Below are positions 48,750 through 57,053 of a stretch of DNA of 64,000 bases, one piece after another. The position numbers and the translations under genes were made by a program. The stretch covers positions 1,888,001 through 1,952,000 of the forward strand of contig OZ250169.1 in assembly GCA_965237955.1 (NCBI GenBank). Direction: 5' to 3'. Each line of letters begins with the position of its first letter. The stretch's first letter is position 1. The notes beneath the pieces are model-generated. The model was not told the origin of the DNA. It did no database searches and worked only from the letters and a program-made list of their open reading frames with translations. Origin of the DNA: Candidatus Marinacidobacterales bacterium. GTDB taxonomy: Bacteria; Acidobacteriota; Vicinamibacteria; Marinacidobacterales; SMYC01.

Positions 48750-51443
48750 ATGCCAACGGGCTCGAGCTCGTCCAGGGACTCGCGCGAGCTCCTTCTGCTC
48801 GTCGACGGGAATAACTTAGTCTACCGGTCGTTTTTCGCCATTCCCCCTCTCGCGAACCGCTCGGGCATCCCGACGAACGCGGTCCTCGGCTTTGCCAACG
48901 TGCTCCGAAAGCTCCTCGCCGATGAGACGCCGGCGCTGGCCGCAGTGACCTTCGACGCAGGCGGGAAGACGTTTCGTCATGAACGGTTCGAGGCGTACAA
49001 GGCGAACCGGCCGCCGACGCCGCCCGACCTGAGGCAACAAATCCCGCATACGCGAAGACTGTGCGAAGTGCTGGGTCTAACCATCGTCGAAATTTACGGT
49101 GTCGAAGCGGACGACATCATCGGGACGCTGGCGCGCCGCGGGCTCGAGGCGGGCTACCGCGTTGACATCGTCACCTCGGACAAAGATCTGTTCCAACTCG
49201 TGGGCGATGACATCACTGTCGTCCATCCCGTCCAATACGAGCGTCTCGATGCGGCGGGCGTCGAGAAAAAGCTCGGTGTTGCTCCCGAGCGGGTGGTGGA
49301 TTTCCTCGCGATGAAGGGCGATGCGGTGGACAACGTTCCCGGCGTGCCCGGGATCGGGGACAAGGGCGCAGCGAAGCTCATCAACGAGTGGGAAACGCTG
49401 GAAGAGATTCTCGCCCATGCGGACGAGGTCAAGAACAAGCGACAGCGAGAGGCGTTGAAAGAGCACCACGATACGGCGCTGCTCTCGAAAGAGCTGGTTA
49501 CCATCGACACCAGGCTGGATTTCGAGCTCGACCCCGAAGAGCTCCGCTACAAGGGTGCGGACCGCGATGCCGCGTTCGCGCTCTTCGAAGAGCTCGAGTT
49601 CACGACACACATCAAAGATTATTTGCCAGCAGGGGAGCCCGTCGACCTCACCGCGTCGTTTCGGGCGCTCGGCTCGAAGAGCGAGCTCTCGAGCTTCGTC
49701 GATGCCGCCAAAAAACGCGGGAAGGTCTCTGTTTGGCTCGATTTGACCGAAGTGAAGCGCTTCGCTCCCTGGAATCAGCGCCTTGTCGGCCTCGGTCTCG
49801 CCGTCGAGCCCGGCGAAGGCGTGTACGCGACACTCGACGAAGCTGATCTTCTGGCAAGTTTGAAGGACATTGTGAGCGATCGCGATGTTGTCAAAGTTGG
49901 GCATGATCTGAAACAAGCGGTGACCTTCTTCGGGGCGCGTGGCATCCAATTTCGCGGTCTTGGCTTCGATACGAGAATCGCGGCTTACGTCTTGAACCCT
50001 TCGCGTCGCTCGCAGGATCTAGGCGAGCTTCTGCTGGAGTTCCTGCAAACGCCGCTCACGAAAGCGGGGGACGGGCAGGATGGGCAAGATCAGGGCGTTT
50101 TGCCAGGGCTCGCCGAGCCCGGTGCCGAAGCCACGGGGCCGCTCAACGCCGAGCGCGCGGAGCGAATCCTACGGCTCGAAGAGAAAATGGAGCGGCGCAT
50201 CGAAGACGAAGAGCTGGGCGAGGTCTTTCGAGATATCGAGATGCCCCTCATCGAAGTCCTTGCGCGTATGGAGCTCGCGGGGATCGCCATCGATCGCGAC
50301 GAGTTCATCGCGATGGCAAAGACGATCGATAGAGACATCGACGCGCTCACGAAAGAGATTCACGAGCTCGCCGGCGTCGAGTTCAACATCAACTCGCCAC
50401 GGCAGCTCGGCGAGATCCTGTTCGACAAGATGAACCTTCCATCGTTCAAGAAGACGGAGAAGCAACGAGCCGCATCGACTCGGGTGGAGGTGCTCGAGGA
50501 GCTCGCTCGAAGTTTCCCGTTTCCGCGTAAGGTTCTCGACTACCGGAGCCTGGCGAAGCTCAAAGGGACTTACGTCGACGCGCTCCCGAATCTGGTGAGC
50601 CCGGAGACAGGCCGTATCCACACCACGTTCAATCAAACGGTCGCCGCGACCGGGAGACTCTCGTCAAGCGACCCCAACCTTCAGAACATTCCGATCCGTA
50701 CTGAGCTAGGGCGGCGGCTCCGGCGTGCGTTTGTGGCCGAGCCGGGGTCGCAGTTGCTCTCGGCGGATTATTCACAAATCGAGCTTCGGGTTTTGGCACA
50801 CCTCAGCAAGGACGAGAACCTCATCAAGGCGTTTCGGGACGACGAAGACATCCACGATCGGACCGCGCAGCACGTCTTTGGTGATGTGGTGGAGCTTGAC
50901 GATATCGAGCGGCGCGAACGGCGTCGCCGGGCGAAGATCATCAACTTCAGCATTATTTATGGCAAGACGGCCTACACGCTCGGGAAGGACTTCGCCATCC
51001 CGACCCGAGAGGCGCAGGCGTTCATCGATAGCTACTTCGAACGGTACCCGAAGGTGCGCGAGCTCCTCGACGAGATCATTCTTGACGCGCGCAAGACGGG
51101 GAAAGTACGAACGCTCTTCGGCCGGCAGCGCTACGTGCCCGAGATTGGCTCCCGCAATCGCAATACCCGGGCGGGCGCCGAGCGGGTGGCGGTGAATACC
51201 CCGATTCAGGGGACGGCTGCTGACCTTATCAAGAAAGCCATGCTCGATCTGTCGTGGGGGCTCGAGGAAGGGGGACTCCGCTCGCGCTTGCTGCTGCAAG
51301 TTCACGACGAGCTCGTGCTCGAAGTGCCCGAGGATGAATTGGATAGGGCGAGCGAGCTCGTACGCACGACCATGGAGGGCGTCTATCCGATGGATGTGCC
51401 CTTGAAGGTGGATTTGGCTGTTGGGAGATCGTGGGAACACTAA
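48750..51443 (+). CDS. polA: DNA polymerase I
   Basis: LVDGNNLVYR, YKANR, EADD, GDAVDNVPGVPGIG, TGRLSSSDPNLQNIP, ADYSQIELR and LQVHDEL. Confidence 0.97.
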   Translation: MPTGSSSSRDSRELLLLVDGNNLVYRSFFAIPPLANRSGIPTNAVLGFANVLRKLLADETPALAAVTFDAGGKTFRHERFEAYKANRPPTPPDLRQQIPHTRRLCEVLGLTIVEIYGVEADDIIGTLARRGLEAGYRVDIVTSDKDLFQLVGDDITVVHPVQYERLDAAGVEKKLGVAPERVVDFLAMKGDAVDNVPGVPGIGDKGAAKLINEWETLEEILAHADEVKNKRQREALKEHHDTALLSKELVTIDTRLDFELDPEELRYKGADRDAAFALFEELEFTTHIKDYLPAGEPVDLTASFRALGSKSELSSFVDAAKKRGKVSVWLDLTEVKRFAPWNQRLVGLGLAVEPGEGVYATLDEADLLASLKDIVSDRDVVKVGHDLKQAVTFFGARGIQFRGLGFDTRIAAYVLNPSRRSQDLGELLLEFLQTPLTKAGDGQDGQDQGVLPGLAEPGAEATGPLNAERAERILRLEEKMERRIEDEELGEVFRDIEMPLIEVLARMELAGIAIDRDEFIAMAKTIDRDIDALTKEIHELAGVEFNINSPRQLGEILFDKMNLPSFKKTEKQRAASTRVEVLEELARSFPFPRKVLDYRSLAKLKGTYVDALPNLVSPETGRIHTTFNQTVAATGRLSSSDPNLQNIPIRTELGRRLRRAFVAEPGSQLLSADYSQIELRVLAHLSKDENLIKAFRDDEDIHDRTAQHVFGDVVELDDIERRERRRRAKIINFSIIYGKTAYTLGKDFAIPTREAQAFIDSYFERYPKVRELLDEIILDARKTGKVRTLFGRQRYVPEIGSRNRNTRAGAERVAVNTPIQGTAADLIKKAMLDLSWGLEEGGLRSRLLLQVHDELVLEVPEDELDRASELVRTTMEGVYPMDVPLKVDLAVGRSWEH

Positions 51444-51458
51444 AATCTAGTTGGGGCG

Positions 51459-51640
51459 GCCATCAGCCATCAGCCGTCATCTTCCTCTTGATCCGCCATC
51501 AGCCGTCCGCCATCTGCCATCAGCAGGTTTGAGCTGCACGCGTTTTGGCGGGACACGAGCAGCTCGGTGTGCCGCCGTCCGGGGTTAGGGCAGCTCCGTC
51601 CTGCTGATGGCTGATGGCCGATGGCCGATGGCGACGGCCT
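51459..51640. repeat. Inverted arrays of the heptamer GCCATCA/TGATGGC
   Basis: Left arm gccatcagccatcagccgtca...gccatcagcagg and right arm cctgctgatggctgatggccgatggccgatggc, between convergent polA and HAD genes. Confidence 0.8.
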
Positions 51641-51652
51641 TCGGGCGCGACG

Positions 51653-52291
51653 CTAGTCGAGCCTGAAGCTATCTACTAAATGTCCCGCGTGAGGCAGGAT
51701 CAAATCAGGTTCTGCTTCCTCTAAAACAGATCGTGATCCGTACTCGCTCTCGACGCCTACCGTGTACGCCCCTACTTTTTGGCCCATGACGATGTCCTCG
51801 GGGCGGTCGCCGACGTAGACCGTCGCTTGGGGCGCGACGTCGAGGTGCTCGAGTGCACGGGTCAGGGGCGCCGGGTGGGGCTTTTTCTCTTCCGTGTCTT
51901 CGAAGCAAACGACGGCGGCGAAGAACTCGCCGAGCTCGAAATCGTCCAGCTCGCGGCGAACTCGGTCGCGGTTGCCGGCCGTCACCAGCCCAAGCGTGAG
52001 CCCGGCATCGCGCAAGCGCTCGAGGAGTTGACCAACGAACGGGAAGGGCTTGGAGACTTGGTTCCGATAGGTCCGCCGCCACATCTGATCGGCGTTATCC
52101 CACTCTTCGCGCGGTACCCCGAGCTTCTCGTAGGACTCATACCAGTTGGGACTGTAGGTCTCGAGGAATCGTTCGCGGTCGATATCGATACCGTAGTGCT
52201 CGAGGACCGTGATCGAGGCACGGTAGCCCGCCGGAAACGAATCGAGCAACGTGCCGTCCCAATCGAACAGGATGGCAGTGGATTCTTTCAT
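51653..52291 (-). CDS. HAD-superfamily hydrolase (phosphoglycolate phosphatase-like)
   Basis: FDWDGTLLDS, LVTAG, KKPHP and YVGDRPEDI. Confidence 0.88.
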   Translation of the reverse strand: MKESTAILFDWDGTLLDSFPAGYRASITVLEHYGIDIDRERFLETYSPNWYESYEKLGVPREEWDNADQMWRRTYRNQVSKPFPFVGQLLERLRDAGLTLGLVTAGNRDRVRRELDDFELGEFFAAVVCFEDTEEKKPHPAPLTRALEHLDVAPQATVYVGDRPEDIVMGQKVGAYTVGVESEYGSRSVLEEAEPDLILPHAGHLVDSFRLD

Positions 52292-52419
52292 GTGGCGTCT
52301 TAACAAGCTCTTCTCCCGATAGGGTACCACCACACAACTCTCCGTGACTCGAAGTCTCCCGTGCGCCGAACGCAAGCTCGTCGGACTGTTCCACACTACT
52401 CTCTGTGACGACTACACAT

Positions 52420-52460
52420 CCCCCTCACCCCAGGCCCTCTCCCCCACGGGGGAGAGGGAG
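52420..52460. repeat. REP-like palindrome CCCTCACCCC..GCCCTCTCCCCC-GGGGGAGAGGG
   Basis: Perfect GC-rich hairpin in a divergent intergenic region. Confidence 0.65.
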
Positions 52461-52563
52461 AGTCGGATCGACGAGCGGATCCTTTTGAAAGCTCGTCGGA
52501 CTAATATTAGGCGCTTGTTCTAGAATAGATCCTCAAACCAGTTCGCTAAGGAGAGTTTGCTCT

Positions 52564-53277
52564 ATGCCCTCGACACGATTCGTTTGGCTCTTAGGCTGCG
52601 TTTTGCTCTGCGCTCTTGCCGCCGGCTGTGGCGGAGGCGGCGGTCCGGCGGCCGAACCAGAGACAGTGGCTTCCGCGCCACCATCCGTGCCTTCCGGAGA
52701 CTCCGCCGACGAAGCGGGGTTAGAGGGGCTCGAAGAGGATTCCGAAGAGGGAGGATCTGATATCGCGACCGGCGCGTATCCGGTGGTCGAGATGCGCACC
52801 AACGTCGGCACGTTGGTGCTCGAGCTCTATCCTGACAAAGCCCCGAAGACCGTCGACAACTTTCTCTCGTATGTGCGCGGAGGGTTCTACGACGGGACCA
52901 TCTTCCACCGTGTCATGCCGGGGTTCGTCATCCAAGGCGGAGGGTTTACCGCGGACATGATGAAAAAAGACACCGAGCCTCCCATCGAGAACGAAGCCGA
53001 TAACGGGCTCTTGAACCTCCGGGGAGCGATTTGCATGGCGCGCACGGACGATCCCCAAAGCGCCACATCGCAGTTCTTCATCAACACCAAAGACAATCCG
53101 GCGCTCGATTTTCTAGAGCGCTCGCCCAGAGGTTGGGGCTATGCCGTGTTCGGCAAATTGATCGAGGGAATCGAGGTATTGGATAAGATCGAAAGCGCGC
53201 CCACGACGAGCCGAGACGGCTACCAGGACGTCCCCGTCGACGTCATTGTAATCGAAAGCGCGCGCATCATTAGCTGA
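52564..53277 (+). CDS. Cyclophilin-type peptidyl-prolyl isomerase, lipoprotein
   Basis: Lipobox LAAGC, APKTVDNF, FHRV, FVIQGGG, MART..PQSATSQFFIN and YAVFG. Confidence 0.92.
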   Translation: MPSTRFVWLLGCVLLCALAAGCGGGGGPAAEPETVASAPPSVPSGDSADEAGLEGLEEDSEEGGSDIATGAYPVVEMRTNVGTLVLELYPDKAPKTVDNFLSYVRGGFYDGTIFHRVMPGFVIQGGGFTADMMKKDTEPPIENEADNGLLNLRGAICMARTDDPQSATSQFFINTKDNPALDFLERSPRGWGYAVFGKLIEGIEVLDKIESAPTTSRDGYQDVPVDVIVIESARIIS

Positions 53278-53331
53278 TGAGGCGACACTGCGCGCAGTTC
53301 CGGGGGTGTCGACCAGTGGAAGAAAAAATAA

Positions 53332-53428
53332 CGCAAAGTCGCAAAGTCGCGAAGTCGCAAAGGGGTCGACGCCGCTTTGCTTCACTCGATTCGAGTTCTT
53401 TGCGCCTTTGCGTCTTCGCGCCTTTGCG
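53332..53428. repeat. Inverted arrays of the octamer CGCAAAGT/CTTTGCG
   Basis: cgcaaagtcgcaaagtcgcgaagtcgcaaag ... ctttgcgcctttgcgtcttcgcgcctttgcg. Confidence 0.75.
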
Positions 53429-53463
53429 ATTGTTTTTTGGCAACGGCCACTAGGCACTCGCAC

Positions 53464-54702
53464 TTGTCGCTGCGCGTGCTCCTGCTGCTGCCAACATCGA
53501 CTTACCGCACCCGCGACTTCATGGAAGCTGCGGCCCGACTAGGGGCTCTGGTCGTCGTCGCATCGGAAGAGCCCTCTACGATGGAGCGCCTCGCGGAAGA
53601 TTCGTTGCTGACGCTCGATTTCCTCGACGCTTCGGGATCGGCGGCGAAAGTGGTTTCGTTCCATGAGCGGTACCCGCTGAGCGCAGTCGTTTCCGTCGAC
53701 GAAGAGACGGCCGTCGTGGCCTCGACCATCTCCCAGAAGCTCGGTCTTCCTCATAACGCTCCCGAAGCCGCGATGCGAGCACGGCTCAAACACGTTATGC
53801 GCCGCGTCCTCGAAGCGGAGGGAGTTCCCGGTCCCGCGTATCGCGTGCTCGATACTGGGGACGATCCACGCCAGGCTGCGAGGCAGTTGCGCTATCCCGC
53901 CGTCGTCAAGCCGGTGTTTTTGTCAGGAAGCCGGGGAGTGCAACGGGTGAATGACGAAGAAGCGTTCGTCGGTGCGTTCGAGTGGTTGCGAAGCTTTCTC
54001 TCGCATCGCGACGTCAGAAAGCGCGGCGGCGAGCATGCAAGTGTCGTTCTACTGGAGGACTACGTACCGGGAGCCGAAGTTGCCCTCGAAGGGCTCTTGT
54101 CCGACGGGAAGCTCGAGATGCTCGCGCTCTTCGACAAACCCGATCCGCTCGAAGGCCCGTACTTCGAGGAGACGATCTACGTCACCCCGTCCCGGCTGTC
54201 GTCCGCGCTCAAAAACCAGATCGTCGAGGTCACGACACGTGCCGCTACGGCGCTTGGCTTGCGCCATGGCCCGGTCCACGCGGAGCTGAGACTGCCGCCT
54301 GAGCGCGCACCCTCGGTGATCGAGATTGCCGGAAGGTCGATCGGCGGGCTCTGCTCGCGGACGCTCCGTTTCGGTCTCGGCCTCTCTCTCGAAGAGCTGA
54401 TTTTGCGCCACGCTCTGGGTCGAGACGTGTCCGGTCTCGATCGTGAAGGGGGCGCTGCCGGCGTCATGATGATCCCAATCCCGAAAATGGGCATGCTCGA
54501 AGAGGTCACCGGCCTTGACGAAGCGAAGGCAACGGACGCGATCGAGGATGTAATCATCACCGCCCCACTTGGACGACGACTCGTACCTCTACCGGAAGGC
54601 TCGAGCTACCTGGGCTTCATCTTCGCCCGCGCCACGACACCCACCGAAGTCGAAGAGGCACTACGCGAAGCCCACCAAAAACTACGCTTCGCGATCAGCT
54701 GA
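53464..54702 (+). CDS. ATP-grasp domain protein (peptide/amide ligase-like)
   Basis: KHVMR, YPAVVKP..LSGSRGV, LLEDYVPG.E, HGPVHAE and IEIAGR; C-terminal YLGFIFA. Start TTG 53464 or GTG 53476. Confidence 0.85.
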   Translation: MSLRVLLLLPTSTYRTRDFMEAAARLGALVVVASEEPSTMERLAEDSLLTLDFLDASGSAAKVVSFHERYPLSAVVSVDEETAVVASTISQKLGLPHNAPEAAMRARLKHVMRRVLEAEGVPGPAYRVLDTGDDPRQAARQLRYPAVVKPVFLSGSRGVQRVNDEEAFVGAFEWLRSFLSHRDVRKRGGEHASVVLLEDYVPGAEVALEGLLSDGKLEMLALFDKPDPLEGPYFEETIYVTPSRLSSALKNQIVEVTTRAATALGLRHGPVHAELRLPPERAPSVIEIAGRSIGGLCSRTLRFGLGLSLEELILRHALGRDVSGLDREGGAAGVMMIPIPKMGMLEEVTGLDEAKATDAIEDVIITAPLGRRLVPLPEGSSYLGFIFARATTPTEVEEALREAHQKLRFAIS

Positions 54703-54743
54703 TGGCCGACGGCTGATGGCCGATGGCGTGTCGGCGGCCAAAT

Positions 54744-55334
54744 TCACTTCGACGGAGCGTAATAAGGGTTTCTTCCCGTCGCGTGGTCGGTCGTGTCCAT
54801 GATCGCGCCGATCTGGGGGACGGCTTGGCGGATTGATTTTTCCACACCCTGTTTCAACGTCACGTCGGCCATGCCGCAACCCTGGCACCCGCCGCCCATT
54901 TTAATGAAGACCTCGTTATTCTTGACGTCAATGAGCTCGACCCAGCCGCCGTGCGCGGCGACGGCGGGATTGATCTCGCCGTCGAGGACGCTTTGAATTT
55001 TCTTCTTGATCTCCTCGGGATCGGGAAGAGCGCGAAGCGCGTCTTCGGCGATCGGCGTCTCGTCGCTCGAAAGCACCGAGCGGATCACAGTGCCGACTTG
55101 CTTGGCGATCGGCATCCAGTTGCCGCCGGTCGCCGCGGAGACGGTGACGACGCTGTCCTGGACCAGGACCGACTCGACGGTGTCGATCGCGAAGATCTGT
55201 TCGGCTAGGGGCGAGCCCTCGGCTTGCGCCTTGGCGCCGAAATAGATGGAGCCGTCGGGATAAACGGGCCTGTCCACCGTGAAGCGACAGGTCTGGTCGT
55301 CCTTGGGCTCTGCCTGGATGCTTATCTCGTCCAT
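54744..55334 (-). CDS. nfuA: NfuA/NifU-like Fe-S cluster carrier (Nfu N-terminal plus NifU C-terminal domains)
   Basis: SPLAEQIF, INPAVAAHGG, GGGCQGC, TLKQGVE and DTTDHATGRNPYY; RBS AGGAGG. Confidence 0.85.
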   Translation of the reverse strand: MDEISIQAEPKDDQTCRFTVDRPVYPDGSIYFGAKAQAEGSPLAEQIFAIDTVESVLVQDSVVTVSAATGGNWMPIAKQVGTVIRSVLSSDETPIAEDALRALPDPEEIKKKIQSVLDGEINPAVAAHGGWVELIDVKNNEVFIKMGGGCQGCGMADVTLKQGVEKSIRQAVPQIGAIMDTTDHATGRNPYYAPSK

Positions 55335-55342
55335 TTTTCCTC

Positions 55343-56755
55343 CTAATACGGTTCCATGATACTACGGCGCGGCCCCGCTTCCGAGAGGACCAACTGGTCC
55401 TCGGTAGGCTCCGCTCAGCAAAACCACGCTTCGGTGAGGCGGGGCGCTTTGGCCGTCCCGGCTCCGAGTGGCACGTTCACACCGACGAGCTCGGCTAGAG
55501 AACGGAAAACATCAGGGTTCGACAAGCCGTCGCGCGTTCCCGACGCGACCAGGGCCGTCGCCTCTTCGTGGAGCCGATCCATCTCTGGATCGGGATGGGT
55601 CCAGCGATAGGTGAGCGCGGCGCGATCCAACTCACCGAGGTGCGGTCGAAGCCCGGGGTTTTCGAGTAGCAAGGCTCCCGGCGGCAAGAGAAGCCTCAAC
55701 GTGAGCTGGATCGGGTCGACGTGGTGGATGAGGTCCTCGTCGGCCACCCAACGAAACAGCTCGCGATAATCGTCGTAGCTCGTCCACGGGGTGAACGCCA
55801 CGAACGTGGGTCGAAGGGCAATCCCGGCTTCGCGTGTGAGCGTCAAGACTTCGCGTGCATCTCGGGCGGTGTGGCCCTTGTCGAGCTCTTCGAGCACACG
55901 GTCGCTCAACGATTCCACGGCGGAAACGATGAAGGTGCACCCTGAGTCCGCGAGCTCTTCCAAGTCGTCGCGTCGCTTGAGAATGTGCTCCACTTTCGCG
56001 GTGAAGTCGAACGTCATCGCCGGATGTTCTCGATGCATCGCGCGGACGATCTCGAGCGCGTGACGCGGTCCGTTCAGAAAATCGGGATCGGCGAAGTTGA
56101 TGTGGCGCGCGCCCGCCTCGACGAGCTGTCGGATATCGGAGAGCACGGTTTCCGGGGGCACGACGAAAAAGCGTCCGTGGTAGACCGGGGGCAGAGGGCA
56201 GTGCCTGCAGTGATGGCGGCAGCCGCGACTCGCTTCGACGGTTCCGACGATCGCGTGCGATCCGTCGGTGCGCTCGACATGAACGTAGCGGTCGAGCTTC
56301 GGGAGCTGGGCTCGCTCGGGCACGAGATAGTCGAGTCGCTTCCGAAACGGTGCCGGTACCAGGGGCACGCGCTCGTCCCGGGTGATCCAGGACACCAGCG
56401 CTTCGTCGCACTCGCCACTCAAAACGGCATCGGCTCCGGCACTATCGACGAGCATTTCCGAGTTGAGGGTGGCATAGAGCCCGTAAAAGCAAAGTTGGCA
56501 GCCTGGATTGAGCTCCAGGACGCGCTCGGCCACGAGGACACCCAGACGGAGCGCCGTGTGCATCGGGACCGATACCGCGACGAAATCCGCGCGCCGTACT
56601 TTGTCCTCGTCGAGCGGATCCACGCCCAGATCGATGGCCTCGGCCTCGATGCCAGCGCGCTCCAAAAAAGCCAGTGGGCTCGCCAGACCCAACGGCTGGT
56701 GTCCCAACTCGTAGCACGAGATCAGGAGCACGTTGGGGCGTGCGGGATGGTGCAT
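55343..56755 (-). CDS. B12-binding radical SAM selenoprotein, CUAEP-tail type (UGA at 55415-55417 read as Sec)
   Basis: N-terminal ISCYELGHQPLGLA and SVPMHTA; SRGCRHHCRHCP; C-terminal EAWFC-TGA-AEPTEDQL...PY-TAG; hairpin 3' of the UGA. Confidence 0.85.
55381..55404 (-). promoter_or_regulatory. Putative bacterial SECIS hairpin
   Basis: mRNA CCGAGGACC-AGUU-GGUCCUCUCGG begins 10 nt after the UGA; the apical loop with G is about 19 nt downstream. Confidence 0.7.
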
Positions 56756-57053
56756 GACACTATTTATGACTAATCTGGTAACAAAAGTCCAATCAAACGT
56801 TCGGGTGTTGCCCAGCCTTCGTGCCCGTGCCCTACCCCCTCCTCGATACTAAAATGATGATAGGAGCCATCGACTTCTGACTTCGAGCCCGGCTGCCGAA
56901 TGTGCGGCAATCTTGGACGTTTTGCCAGCGATGGCGCGCGAGCGAAAACGGATCGGGCACGGGCACGGGGGGTGGCAATCTAGTTATCGGGAACTGGATT
57001 CCATAAAACGGAACGTGCATAATGCACGGGCATCTACGCCGCCCATCTCACGG

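Noticed and set aside
51459-51640. Possible CRISPR array
   Set aside because: The repeats are 7-bp tandem units without unique spacers, and there are no cas genes in the window.
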